Source: Candidatus Moraniibacteriota bacterium
GTDB taxonomy: Bacteria > Patescibacteriota > Minisyncoccia > Moranbacterales > UBA1568
NCBI GenBank assembly: GCA_013336285.1
Contig: JAAXTX010000003.1
Span: 3,448 to 67,447, forward strand
DNA: 64,000 nucleotides
Reading direction: 5' to 3'
Shown here: positions 9,180 to 19,757 of the stretch, piece after piece
Layout: each line of letters starts with the position of its first letter
Numbering within the stretch: the first letter of the stretch is position 1
Position numbers and translations under genes: made by a program
Notes under the pieces: generated by a model
Database searches by the model: none
Told to the model about the DNA's origin: nothing
The model's input: the letters and a program-made list of their open reading frames with translations, nothing else

Positions 9180-10970
9180 TCAATTACCGACATCATCATC
9201 TCTTGCGTCGTTATTGGTGTCATTATGTCTGTTCCACCATTCGCTCCATGTATATCTCGGAAGTGCCGACGGGTTATCCTTCACCTTTCCGGATTCGAAC
9301 ACTTGTCGTCTCGCCTGTATGAATTCCGGCTTCGGTCGGAATTCTATCATGGTAAGCGTCCCGAAAGAGCGTGTCCCGATGAGATCATATTTCTCCAGAT
9401 ATTTTTTCGTTCCGTCGTCCAGATCGGACTTTGAACGGAGAATTGTGAGATATATACCTTCCTCATACAAACCATCCATACCGAATACCCCGTTCTCTAC
9501 CCCGGAACGTTCCAACAGATACTTGAGCGCTCGCCTATACTCCGGCTCACTCCACATGTATATAGGGTACCCGTTCTCTTCCGAGCGCTCCTTGAGATAT
9601 GCGACGATCATTTCCTGCAATTTGAGCGGTACACGGACGCGTTCCTTTAAAATGCGGTCCGACGGACTTTTCACAGCTTCGTACGGCGCCTTGGCAAGCT
9701 GGTCGAATCTTCTGTTCACGAAGAATAGATTGGAAGCAGCGAGAAGCATGATACCGACCACTGTTCCGAATATGACCGCTCGTTTCCAAGGAAGAAGCCT
9801 TTGAGCGGTTTCAAAAAGAAACCCGAGAAATAGAAACGGTACAGGTGCCGTGACCAGGAAAAATCGCGGCGCTATTCCGTACGAAAGAGGCAAATAGAGA
9901 ACGAAGGGGATAAGAAACCACAGTCCGGAAAGGAGGAGTAGGTCGGCTTTCCTCCGGTTACGCTCTTTCCACCAAAGAAATCCGAGCGAAAGAACGCCGA
10001 GAGTGAAAATTAAAATGGAACCAATCGCATACGGCCAACCATGCCGACAACCCGGATCGCATTCAGCTACCAGTCCGTCCGATCCGTTTTTGAACGTGAA
10101 AAAGTCACCGCCTTCGTATCCCGTCGACACGACCAGAAAACCGAGCCCGTGTTCGGAAATATCCTTTACGAGTTTCGCGGACATCGAATGTTCCCCTTTT
10201 GATGATTTGTTCGTGACCGCGGAAATAAACGCCTTCGAATTCACGCCACCGGTCACCATCTCGTTCAATGCGACAGGGACATATAACAGCATGACGATAC
10301 CTGCCGCCAGCAACCAGACTTTCGCCGTAAAACGAGGTCTTCGAATCAACAGGAATGCGAGCGTAATGGCCGGAAGGGCCACAAAAGCAAGGAAGTGCAG
10401 ATGCGTGGAGAATCCGATAGCGGACGCGGCAATTAAAAACCAGCGGCCGGCGTGTTTCGCCTCCGGTTCCACTGAACGCAAAAGTGCGTAAAATCCGAGT
10501 ATAGCGAAAAAAGGAAGCGGGTTCGGATTCCAGGCAAATCGCCCATACATGACGAGAAACGTAGAGACGGAGAACAGCGACGTAAGACCGAGAGAAAGCC
10601 ATTCCGAAAAATACCGACGCGAGAGCAGAAAAAAAAGACCGATCGCCGCGACGGAGAGAATCGGAATGAAGAAAGCCATTCCGACCGGAGTCGCCCCGAA
10701 AAGGAGTCCGCTCAGATATTGCAGGTAATAAAATCCGGGACCAAGCCGAAGGGATGTCCCGCCCGCCTTCATGCCGAGCAGCGTAAGTTCCCCCGGCCCA
10801 CCAAAGAGGGCATCATTCACGACACGGGCATCCCTCGACTGATCGAGTTCGAAATGCATCCAGTCATGAAAATGATAAAAACGAAGAAACGTTCCGATCA
10901 GGATGACAAGAATGAGCCCTAAAATGGCCAATTTTGACGTATTGGTGGCTGCTTTCTTTTCCTGTGACAT
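9180..10970 (-). CDS. GT-C fold glycosyltransferase (ArnT/PMT-like)
   Basis: LRFYHF..FELDQSRD, LGPGFYYL, GRFAWNPN; multi-TM. Confidence 0.85.
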   Translation of the reverse strand: MSQEKKAATNTSKLAILGLILVILIGTFLRFYHFHDWMHFELDQSRDARVVNDALFGGPGELTLLGMKAGGTSLRLGPGFYYLQYLSGLLFGATPVGMAFFIPILSVAAIGLFFLLSRRYFSEWLSLGLTSLFSVSTFLVMYGRFAWNPNPLPFFAILGFYALLRSVEPEAKHAGRWFLIAASAIGFSTHLHFLAFVALPAITLAFLLIRRPRFTAKVWLLAAGIVMLLYVPVALNEMVTGGVNSKAFISAVTNKSSKGEHSMSAKLVKDISEHGLGFLVVSTGYEGGDFFTFKNGSDGLVAECDPGCRHGWPYAIGSILIFTLGVLSLGFLWWKERNRRKADLLLLSGLWFLIPFVLYLPLSYGIAPRFFLVTAPVPFLFLGFLFETAQRLLPWKRAVIFGTVVGIMLLAASNLFFVNRRFDQLAKAPYEAVKSPSDRILKERVRVPLKLQEMIVAYLKERSEENGYPIYMWSEPEYRRALKYLLERSGVENGVFGMDGLYEEGIYLTILRSKSDLDDGTKKYLEKYDLIGTRSFGTLTMIEFRPKPEFIQARRQVFESGKVKDNPSALPRYTWSEWWNRHNDTNNDARDDDVGN

Positions 10971-11061
10971 TGTGGTACCGTATCGGATATGGAGGGCTAT
11001 TTACGGTCGGTTTTTCCTAAGAATTTTACCGCTTTCCACGAAAGAAAGCAATCGAAAACCT

Positions 11062-13326
11062 ATGTGGTTTTTTAATACGACTGATCGCAAGGAAGCTATT
11101 TCTCTGACAATTCTCGCCGTACTGTTCAACATCACCTCTTTCCTCTTCATCCTTAAATTCTTTCCACAAGCCCAACGCCTCGGGCTCATTCTCCCACGAA
11201 CCTTCTTCATAATTTCACTTCCCATTTCCGTCACTTTACTGTTCGGAGGGGTCTTCTATTTCAATCCCTTCCGATGCGTTTCTGATTGGTCATCCAAACT
11301 ACTCCTCTTTATTTTTCCGTCGGCTTTCATGTTCTTGATCGGTTGGCGTCTCGGTGAAAACGTTTCTAATTCGGTAAAACTGTTCGTTTCCTTCTATGTA
11401 TTTTTCATAAGTTCATATTATTTCACAAGGCTCACAATCAGAAAAAAAGAGTCCCTGCATTCGCCAGAAGTATACGAACCTTCGGTTTTCCAATGGATTC
11501 GCAAGCAGGGATGGCGAAGGATTTTGGCCGTTGTAGCCCTCACTGCCGTTTTTTTCATATTCGCCGTACGCGATCTCGGTTCCTACGCCGCAGTAGATGA
11601 AGCCCTCTGGCTCTATGACAGGATTCCGAAATTCTGGAATGCCGTATCCGATCTCAAGCCGGAAAAAACAGGCATAAGCGACAAGCCGGGTATCACCGTC
11701 GCCCTGGCAAGTGGATCAGGACTGTTCTATGAGGCCAATCCGAAGTCATGGAAGAGTGTCCGTGGAAGCGCATTCGATATTCCGGGGTTTTTCAGCACGT
11801 TCCGACTTCCGCTGGTCATCTTAGTCACCGTTCTCCTGCCTATTTTCTACTATCTCCTCGAACGACTTTCCGGAAAGACATCAGCCTTGTTTGCTTATTC
11901 GTTCATCTCTCTCTCGCCTGTCACGATCGGCATGGCAAAGATCATCAACCCCGATTCTCTCCTTTGGGTCTTTGCGCCACTCTCACTTTTTGCCTATTTG
12001 ACTTACATCAAGCGAAAACATCTCGGATTCCTCTTCCTATCGGGTGTCTTGCTCGGACTCGCGCTCCTCACGAAATACGTCGCCAATTTCCTGTTCATAT
12101 TCATGCTCGGCGCCATATTCCTCGAATATGCACTCCGAAGCGAGGAGGAACCCTTCCTCCCCTATCTCAAACGCTCACTCACGGCATACGCACTCTGGAC
12201 CGCTACGGCTCTCTTAACTTTTTTTCTTCTCTTTCCCAACATGTGGGTCAAACCGTGGAAAATACTCGACGCCACAATCTTTTCCCAAGCATTCGAAAAG
12301 GTCGCCTATCTCTTCATCGCCTTGTTCATAACCATACTCGTTGATAGTTTTCTGAACCGTTCCCGATTCGCCGAAGCGACCGCCGGGTTCCTGAAATCTC
12401 AGTACCGTCTTGTCGTCGGTCTGATTTGTGCTACATGGTTATTGCTCCTTATCACTGTCTGTGGGGATACTTGGGCAGATATGAAGCCGTATGACTTCAT
12501 GGATATCCTTGCCGCCCCGAAAACCATCATCAGCAGGGCTACCGTTATCGGCGTCTACATCTCTAATGCGTATCCACTTATTTTCGGCGTGACCCCCATC
12601 GTATTCGTGCTGCTTCTTGCCACTCCCTTCGTCGCGACCAAAGGACGGAATATCAGATCCGCTGCCGGAAAGTCCATGCTATTAGGAATACTGTTCATCA
12701 TGCTCTACTATGTGGCAACCTCGGTCAATAAGGTCGGCGCCATTACCCGCTATCAGATCATGCTCTTTCCGATCGCAGGTGCGGTCGCGGGGATCACGCT
12801 CGGGCTCATCGTGAAGTCTGTCGGTAATCCGTCTTCCGGGAATCGAAAGTGGACGAGATATCTCGTACCGACGATTTTTTCAATACTGGTCATTTCCGGG
12901 TTCATCACGCTCGCACGGACGCCTTTCCCCCTAAGCTACGCTTCGGCGCTCCTGCCGAACCGCTACAATCTCGACGTCAAGGATATGGGTCCTGGGAGCT
13001 ACGAGGCAGCTCAATACCTGAATTCGCTTCCGAATTCGAATGGCCTGCTGATCTGGACCGACAAAAGCGGGGTATGCAAATTTTTCAACGGAGGATGCAA
13101 AAGCAGTTTCGACTGGACCAACTACCAGAATCTTCCCTTTGACTATGTCGTCGTCTCTTCCGGGCGTGAAAGCCGCACCGACAAACGCATTATCGGAGCG
13201 ATCAACGGCGGACGGAACGATGCCATACGCTTCGACGAATATTATGGGATGACTGACCCGGTCTGGGAACTCCTCATCAACGGACGCCAGTCACATTATG
13301 TAAGGATCTATCGGTTCAAACGCTGA
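11062..13326 (+). CDS. GT-C fold glycosyltransferase with extra N-terminal TM domain
   Basis: VDEALW, SDKPGIT, INPDSLLW, LALLTKY, YEAAQYLNSLP. Start moved to ATG 11062 to avoid overlapping the divergent gene. Confidence 0.85.
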   Translation: MWFFNTTDRKEAISLTILAVLFNITSFLFILKFFPQAQRLGLILPRTFFIISLPISVTLLFGGVFYFNPFRCVSDWSSKLLLFIFPSAFMFLIGWRLGENVSNSVKLFVSFYVFFISSYYFTRLTIRKKESLHSPEVYEPSVFQWIRKQGWRRILAVVALTAVFFIFAVRDLGSYAAVDEALWLYDRIPKFWNAVSDLKPEKTGISDKPGITVALASGSGLFYEANPKSWKSVRGSAFDIPGFFSTFRLPLVILVTVLLPIFYYLLERLSGKTSALFAYSFISLSPVTIGMAKIINPDSLLWVFAPLSLFAYLTYIKRKHLGFLFLSGVLLGLALLTKYVANFLFIFMLGAIFLEYALRSEEEPFLPYLKRSLTAYALWTATALLTFFLLFPNMWVKPWKILDATIFSQAFEKVAYLFIALFITILVDSFLNRSRFAEATAGFLKSQYRLVVGLICATWLLLLITVCGDTWADMKPYDFMDILAAPKTIISRATVIGVYISNAYPLIFGVTPIVFVLLLATPFVATKGRNIRSAAGKSMLLGILFIMLYYVATSVNKVGAITRYQIMLFPIAGAVAGITLGLIVKSVGNPSSGNRKWTRYLVPTIFSILVISGFITLARTPFPLSYASALLPNRYNLDVKDMGPGSYEAAQYLNSLPNSNGLLIWTDKSGVCKFFNGGCKSSFDWTNYQNLPFDYVVVSSGRESRTDKRIIGAINGGRNDAIRFDEYYGMTDPVWELLINGRQSHYVRIYRFKR

Positions 13327-13333
13327 CCTGCCT

Positions 13334-15202
13334 ATGAAGAAGCCGCTGAGAATACACGAGCATGTCGCGACCACCCTCCTTGCCGGCATTATTCTAGTCT
13401 CTCACCTCGCTCTCGGGATCCCTCACATCGGATCCTTCATCACGGCGGACGAGCATTATTGGGTCGAAGAGCGCATCCCGGACTACTTCGATGCCTGGGC
13501 AAGGCTCAAATGGAAGAAGACCCTCATAAACGACAAGCCTGGCGTCTCGCTTGCACTCGTTTCCGGTCCGGCACTCCTCTTCCATCCCGGAGGGATCCTC
13601 AGCTGCCGGACCGTGGAAGGACATACGTCTACCTGCGACCCCGCGGTCACTTCATCCCTCTATGCGTCGTTCCGGTTCCCGATTCTCGTCACGAACGCTC
13701 TGATGCTCGTCGCGATATTCTTCGCAATCCGCGCCTTTTCCGGTACGGCTGTCGCGTTCATGACGGCGATATTCGCTGCCGTCTCGCCCCAGCTCGTCGG
13801 TATGTCGCAGATCGTCAATCCGGATTCGCTGCTTTGGTCCTCGGGCGCGCTTGCGATCTTTTCGATGGCCGCTTTTCTGACGACTCTCAGGAAACGGCAT
13901 CTCATCACCGCTATCCTCTCACTCTGTTTGGCGCTCCTTTCCAAATACGTCGCGCTCATCATCATCCTGTTCCTTCCCGCGCTCCTGCTCGGCATCCATC
14001 TGTCCGACGAAGATTCAGAAAAGGTCGGACGACGCCTCCAGAGATTCCTGGGAACGGTCCTTACCTCGTTCGTCCCGCTTACGATATTCGTCCTCGCCGC
14101 ACCGGGAGTCCTCTCGTCGGACGAACGCATCATCGCGTTCCTTTCCGCCGATACCGGAAACATCTTCCTTCCCTGGGGCGCTTTCGCCGCATCCCTCGCT
14201 GTCACCGCTACGGTCATGTTCGCGAGAATTCCGAAACGTGTCGTCAGAAGGCTCGACCTGACGTTCCGCTGGTTGTTGGCAGCAACCGGAGTCATCCTCG
14301 TTTTATCCATCATGACGCTCATAGTCGCCCGATTGACTGCTCCGTCCTGGGACTACGAGATCTTCCGCCGCATTCCGTTCGACATTAAGAATATCTCCGA
14401 CGCGAAATACTATACCGATAAACGACTCACTCCGACCGATGTAGCGGCTTTGGAATTCTCACCGTTCGTCTACTCGCTTCCGGCCGCCGTGCTGATTCTC
14501 GGTACAGCCGCCCTGTTTAACCGTTCCTTGCGGGTCATGCGTGACAGAACGTCCGTCATTCCCCTTCTCATGGCACTCTTCATCGCGATAGAACTGGCAG
14601 CCTTCGCCGGATCGGGCATACGAACCACGCCGAGATACGTCCTCCTGACCCTTCCGATATTCTGCTTTCCGGCAGCCGATACGGCGGTCCGGATCGGTAG
14701 AGCGCTGCGCGGCCGTCTTCCGGAGCGATTGCGTTCCTTCACGCTCCCGGCCATCATCACACTCTCCGTCTTCGCTTCCCTTTCCGAGTTCGGAGGTAAC
14801 GCTCCATTCCATGCGAATTTCGCCAACGCGCTCCTTCCGAAGGACGACCTCACCGCGCATGCGTGGGGATACGGCGGATATGAGGCCGTACAATACCTCA
14901 ACTCGCTTCCCGATGCGGACCATCTCACCGTCTGGAGCGATTACTACGGTGTCTGCGAGTTCTTCCGCGGAAACTGTCTCACGAACTACACTTTCGACAA
15001 GGAAGTGACACGCCCCGATTACTACGTCCTCACCCGTCGCGGCATGTTCCGATATCTACCCCGATACGACGATTGGGAGCAGAAATCCGGCCTGACCGCC
15101 TACCGATACTACGACTCGGCCGATCCCGCCTGGGAACTCGATGTCACCGGAAAGAAAGATAATTTCGTGAAGGTAATCCAGGTAAAAGACGATACGCTAT
15201 GA
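13334..15202 (+). CDS. GT-C fold glycosyltransferase (paralog of previous gene)
   Basis: ADEHYW, NDKPGVS, VNPDSLLW, LALLSKY, YEAVQYLNSLP. Confidence 0.85.
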   Translation: MKKPLRIHEHVATTLLAGIILVSHLALGIPHIGSFITADEHYWVEERIPDYFDAWARLKWKKTLINDKPGVSLALVSGPALLFHPGGILSCRTVEGHTSTCDPAVTSSLYASFRFPILVTNALMLVAIFFAIRAFSGTAVAFMTAIFAAVSPQLVGMSQIVNPDSLLWSSGALAIFSMAAFLTTLRKRHLITAILSLCLALLSKYVALIIILFLPALLLGIHLSDEDSEKVGRRLQRFLGTVLTSFVPLTIFVLAAPGVLSSDERIIAFLSADTGNIFLPWGAFAASLAVTATVMFARIPKRVVRRLDLTFRWLLAATGVILVLSIMTLIVARLTAPSWDYEIFRRIPFDIKNISDAKYYTDKRLTPTDVAALEFSPFVYSLPAAVLILGTAALFNRSLRVMRDRTSVIPLLMALFIAIELAAFAGSGIRTTPRYVLLTLPIFCFPAADTAVRIGRALRGRLPERLRSFTLPAIITLSVFASLSEFGGNAPFHANFANALLPKDDLTAHAWGYGGYEAVQYLNSLPDADHLTVWSDYYGVCEFFRGNCLTNYTFDKEVTRPDYYVLTRRGMFRYLPRYDDWEQKSGLTAYRYYDSADPAWELDVTGKKDNFVKVIQVKDDTL

Positions 15203-16236
15203 ACCGAAAGCCGTCCTCCCCGAGAAACGGCGGTCCGTTTTCGACAATATCCGTTTCCGTATCCGTCCTCGCCGGCATTACGCTGGCTTCGGCCGCGTTT
15301 GTCCTTCCGGCGTTCTTTCGCCTGGAAACGAAGGTACCGGATCCTGTACCGATTGAGAAACCGAATCCGTTCCGTATCGGTATCGTGACTGACATACACG
15401 GACAGACCGGCAAGCAGTACAGCTCCAAGTTCATGGATCCGGATAAGATCATGCGCCCTCTGTATCGCTTCGAGGGGTATATGCAGGATGTCTTCCGTCC
15501 CGACCTGATCGTGGAGGACGGAGACTTCGTCGAGGGTTCGAACCGTGCCGGCGACAAGTCCGTTACGGACTTCACGTTCCTCCGGGATGAGCTCGACCGG
15601 ACCGGGTTTCCCGTACTCCACGTCATCGGGAACCATGACCGACGCGGGTTCGACGACTCCGAATGGAAGACGCTTACTGGCAACGATTCAACCTACTACT
15701 TCCGCGACGAGAGCGACATACGGATCGTCGTTCTCGACTATGACGACTCGAAAGTCGGCGATGAGTTGCCCGATGAAGACGCTTCGAAAACCACGGGTTC
15801 CAGTGGGAAATACTCGATATCCGAAAATCAGTTCGCCTGGATAGACCGCACGCTTGCGGACGCCGGAGGCCGCCGTGTCGTCGTCTTCACGCATGTCCCG
15901 GTAAACGAGAACGCGATTATGCCGGGAGCCTACGTCAACCCGTCGGAAGACCGTCGGAGGCTCCGCGATCTCTTCGCCGAATACGGCGTGAAAGCCGTGA
16001 TCTCGGGCCACGTCGAACTCTTCCGTTACGAGGAGGACCGCGGCGTCCGGTATTTCGTGCTCCCCGGATTCCATCGGAGTGAGGCGAAGAGCAAGCCTGA
16101 AAAATGGTTCGGGACCTACTCCGCGCTGACGATCACGGACCGGGCCGATATGCTTGTTCGATACGAAAAGGAATTCGGCGGAGCGTACGAAGAGGTCTGG
16201 GTGCCATCGGAAGCGTTCGACACGCTTCCCAAGTAA
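15199..16236 (+). CDS. Exported calcineurin-like metallophosphoesterase
   Basis: TDIH, GDFVE, GNHD, THVP, SGHVE motifs; N-terminal TM anchor. Confidence 0.88.
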   Translation: MNRKPSSPRNGGPFSTISVSVSVLAGITLASAAFVLPAFFRLETKVPDPVPIEKPNPFRIGIVTDIHGQTGKQYSSKFMDPDKIMRPLYRFEGYMQDVFRPDLIVEDGDFVEGSNRAGDKSVTDFTFLRDELDRTGFPVLHVIGNHDRRGFDDSEWKTLTGNDSTYYFRDESDIRIVVLDYDDSKVGDELPDEDASKTTGSSGKYSISENQFAWIDRTLADAGGRRVVVFTHVPVNENAIMPGAYVNPSEDRRRLRDLFAEYGVKAVISGHVELFRYEEDRGVRYFVLPGFHRSEAKSKPEKWFGTYSALTITDRADMLVRYEKEFGGAYEEVWVPSEAFDTLPK

Positions 16237-16248
16237 TCTCCTTCCATC

Positions 16249-17193
16249 CTATCCGATATCGTATTCCCGCTTCTCCCGGAAGAATGCCGACGCCCCCATA
16301 AGACTGACGAGAATCTGCAAAAATCGTCCAAGGAGCGCTACCGCGAGCGCCGTTTCGGGTCGTATGCCGATAAGTGGCAGAAATGCGTAGTACGCCCATT
16401 CCTTAAGCCCGATATTGTTCACGGAAACAGGAAGACTGGAGATGATGCTTATCAGGAATACGACGGAAAAGTATGGGATGATCGGTACAGGTGAACCAAG
16501 CGCCCAGAATATCATCATATTGAAGAGCCCTACGCCTACGATCGTGAATATCGCGGAAACGACGAGCGTGTCCCGAAAAAATCTGAGGTCGGTATACCCT
16601 CCGATTTCACCGAATACGTTCCGTATCTTTTCCGGTAGAAAATCGAATGCCTCATGAAGGTGCCGTCGTGCATAGAAAAAGAACGCATCAACCAGGAGAA
16701 AGCCGAATAGGGATATTCCGAAAACGGCGAACAGGTTCTGCGAGAACACGTCCTTGTATCCGATAAGTCCGAATAGGAGAAACAGGATAATGGTCACGAA
16801 CAGACCCGTGAACCTGACGAACATGACCGATGAAAATGCTGCGGCATAGCGTTTTTCCGACTTCCCGAGAATGTAACTCTGATAGGCGTCCCCACCGATA
16901 AACGACGGAAGGAAATTGTTCAGAAAAAGTCCGGCATAGAAATGCTCCCGCGCACTCCGAAGACTCATCGAAAATCCTTTGAACTGCGCGGTCCGCCACC
17001 ACCTGTGTACGCAAAGTTCGATCCCGAACACGTAGAGCAACGCGGCTACAAGCAGGAACGGAACGGAGGCCTTTGAGAATTCTCCCCACATATCGGTCCA
17101 ATCGACCCGCCAGACGAGCAATCCGATCAAACCCGCGGCTACGGTCGATTTCGCCAGCAGTTGTAACGTATTCTTCGTTCCCGGTGATGACAT
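16249..17193 (-). CDS. Lysylphosphatidylglycerol-synthase TM domain / flippase-like protein (UPF0104)
   Basis: HRW, FLNNFLPSFIGGD, LPVSVNNIGLKE motifs. Confidence 0.85.
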   Translation of the reverse strand: MSSPGTKNTLQLLAKSTVAAGLIGLLVWRVDWTDMWGEFSKASVPFLLVAALLYVFGIELCVHRWWRTAQFKGFSMSLRSAREHFYAGLFLNNFLPSFIGGDAYQSYILGKSEKRYAAAFSSVMFVRFTGLFVTIILFLLFGLIGYKDVFSQNLFAVFGISLFGFLLVDAFFFYARRHLHEAFDFLPEKIRNVFGEIGGYTDLRFFRDTLVVSAIFTIVGVGLFNMMIFWALGSPVPIIPYFSVVFLISIISSLPVSVNNIGLKEWAYYAFLPLIGIRPETALAVALLGRFLQILVSLMGASAFFREKREYDIG

Positions 17194-17264
17194 ATGGTCC
17201 CGATATCAGAGAAAAACACTAAGCGTCGAGGAGCCTCTCCTCACGGAGGGAGATATACGATCTT

Positions 17265-18413
17265 TCATTGCCGAATTGCCGCCAGTTCGTAATCATCTAC
17301 GTAAGATTTTGCCACGGTATACCAACTCATCGACTCTGCCCTGATTCGGCTCGCGGCACCCATACGTCTTCGAAGTTCCGGATCGGCAACAAGCTTACCC
17401 AGTTTATCAGCAAGATCATCCGCAGATCCGGTTTTCACGAAGAAACCGTTCTCCCCATCGGTCACCAGCTCTTGCGTCCCACCTGTCACGGTAGCGACCA
17501 CGGGCAATCCCGAGGCAATCGCCTCAAGCACCGTATTACTCATCCCCTCGTTGAGTGACGGGAGACAGAAGATATCGGATTCGCGATACACGCTTGGTAA
17601 ATCATCATGAGGAACCAGCCCGCGAAACTCTACCCGATCCGTTACACCCTTCTCCGCGGCGAGTGCCTCCAGATTCGAGCGTTCCCCCCCACCACCAACG
17701 ATAACAAGCCTGGTAACGATTGGAAGAGATGACATCGCATCAACCAGGAAGCGGATTCCTTTTCGTGGAGTGAGACGCGATACGACCAAAATCCTGACTA
17801 CCCCGTCATCCTTACGTTCACCGGAAGGAGTAAACTGCCCCGTGTCGACTCCGTTCGGAATAGCCGGAATCTCCCGTCGGGGATCCGTCCGATGAGCAAG
17901 TTCGGTCAGGCCCGAACTGTTGGATATGACCTTTACGGCACGATACCATATAAGCCTCACGACTGGACGGATAATCCCGTACATCAATTTGAAACGCTCG
18001 CTGTATCCGGGAACATCGGCGCCCCGAAGCGAGACGATGTACGGCAGACGGAATTCGATTCCGAGTATCATAGCCAAAAAACCGCAAGGAACGGTAAAAA
18101 AGGCGTGGATAAGATCAAAGTCACCCTCATCTCGTATCAACTTCCGCGAGAACAGCAGTGCCTTCCACGAGTATGTCAGAAGATCGGTCCTTGACTGGTA
18201 GTGCAGATTCTTCGGATCCTTGCCGATAGGCAGACGATGGACTATGACATCATCACTAACGGCCTCCCGAGAATAATTTCCGTCCACGGCAGCCGTCACA
18301 AGGTGTACCGAAAGACCGGCTATGCCGGCATACTCGCGAAGCAGGTACGCCGTCGCATTCCCCGCCCCTCCGCCGAGCGGCGGGTACTCGTAGTTGAGAA
18401 AAAGTACTTTCAT
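17265..18413 (-). CDS. GT4 glycosyltransferase
   Basis: YEYPPLGGGA, IPNGVD, PSLNEGMSNTVLEA (EX7E). Confidence 0.92.
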   Translation of the reverse strand: MKVLFLNYEYPPLGGGAGNATAYLLREYAGIAGLSVHLVTAAVDGNYSREAVSDDVIVHRLPIGKDPKNLHYQSRTDLLTYSWKALLFSRKLIRDEGDFDLIHAFFTVPCGFLAMILGIEFRLPYIVSLRGADVPGYSERFKLMYGIIRPVVRLIWYRAVKVISNSSGLTELAHRTDPRREIPAIPNGVDTGQFTPSGERKDDGVVRILVVSRLTPRKGIRFLVDAMSSLPIVTRLVIVGGGGERSNLEALAAEKGVTDRVEFRGLVPHDDLPSVYRESDIFCLPSLNEGMSNTVLEAIASGLPVVATVTGGTQELVTDGENGFFVKTGSADDLADKLGKLVADPELRRRMGAASRIRAESMSWYTVAKSYVDDYELAAIRQ

Positions 18414-18418
18414 ACTAT

Positions 18419-19744
18419 CTATCTCCCTATCGAATGGTATTCGAGACCGAGTCCGCTCATTTTCTTCGGCTCATACAGTAATCGACCGTCGAATATGACA
18501 GGCTGCTTCAACGCTTTCCTGATACGGTCAAAATCCGGTGTTCGGAATTCTTTCCATTCGGTTATGACGAGCATCGCATCGGCATCCGTAAGCGCCTCAT
18601 ATTTGTCCTCATAATATGTTATGGACGGATTGTCCCCGAAATATTCCGACGTCCTTGCCATCTTCATGGCTTCCGGGTCATGTGCCCGGATAGACGCTCC
18701 CTGTTCGATCAGAGCATTGATGATCGTGATCGCGGGAGATTCGCGCATGTCGTCCGTGCCGGCCTTGAAAGCAAGCCCCCAAACACCGAATGTCTTTCCC
18801 GACAGATCGTTTCCGAATTTCTCAGCGACCATCCGCACCAACACGAGTTTCTGCTTTTCATTGGTATCCAATGTCTGCTTGAGCATCAGGGCGTCGTATC
18901 CGAAATCACCGGCCGTCTTTACCAACGCTTTCACGTCCTTCGGAAAGCAAGAACCGCCGAAGCCGGCACTCGCATAGAGGAATGCCTCACCGATACGAGG
19001 ATCCGCACCCATTGCTTTTCGAACATTTTCATAGTCAGCACCGGCTTTCGAACAGATATTAGCCAGTTCGTTCGATGCCGAAATCTTCACCGCCAAGAAG
19101 CAATTCGAGGCGTATTTTACTATTTCCGCCGTTTTCGCGTCCATCGAAAAAAATCTCCCCTCCCGGCGCGTAAACGGTGCGTATAGTTCCCTCATAGTCT
19201 CGACCGCTTTCCGGTTGTCGGAACCGACGACGATCCGGCTCGGTTCCAGAAAATCTTTCACGGCCGTACCCTGTGCCAAGAACTCGGGATTGCTCACCAC
19301 ATGGAACGGGATATCGACACCGCGCGACTTCAGCTGCTCGGCGATCTTGTCCGAGACCTGCTGTGCGGTCCCGACCGGCACGGTCGATTTGTCCACTACG
19401 ATGATCTCGTGATCCATGAATCGTCCGAGATCCGACGCCACTCCCAATACATGACTCAGATCGGCGCTTCCATCCTCATTCGGGGGAGTCCCGACGGCGA
19501 TGAAAATAATATCGCTTTTTTTGAGCGCGTCTTCGAAATCGGTCGTAAACGAAAGTGTCTTGTTTTTCAGGCTCCGAAGGACGAGTTCGTCAAGGCCCTT
19601 TTCATGAAGCGGTGCTCTTCCGGATTCGAACTGGGCGATCTTGTTGGGATCCTTATCGACACATATGACCGTATTGCCCATCTCCGCAAAGCATGCGCCC
19701 GTCACCGAACCCACATAGCCCGTCCCGATCACTGCGATTTTCAT
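18419..19744 (-). CDS. ugd: UDP-glucose 6-dehydrogenase
   Basis: GTGYVG, KSTVPVGT, SNPEFL, GFGGSCFPKD, GLAFKAGTDDMRESP. Confidence 0.95.
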   Translation of the reverse strand: MKIAVIGTGYVGSVTGACFAEMGNTVICVDKDPNKIAQFESGRAPLHEKGLDELVLRSLKNKTLSFTTDFEDALKKSDIIFIAVGTPPNEDGSADLSHVLGVASDLGRFMDHEIIVVDKSTVPVGTAQQVSDKIAEQLKSRGVDIPFHVVSNPEFLAQGTAVKDFLEPSRIVVGSDNRKAVETMRELYAPFTRREGRFFSMDAKTAEIVKYASNCFLAVKISASNELANICSKAGADYENVRKAMGADPRIGEAFLYASAGFGGSCFPKDVKALVKTAGDFGYDALMLKQTLDTNEKQKLVLVRMVAEKFGNDLSGKTFGVWGLAFKAGTDDMRESPAITIINALIEQGASIRAHDPEAMKMARTSEYFGDNPSITYYEDKYEALTDADAMLVITEWKEFRTPDFDRIRKALKQPVIFDGRLLYEPKKMSGLGLEYHSIGR

Positions 19745-19757
19745 AGGTATGAGCTCT

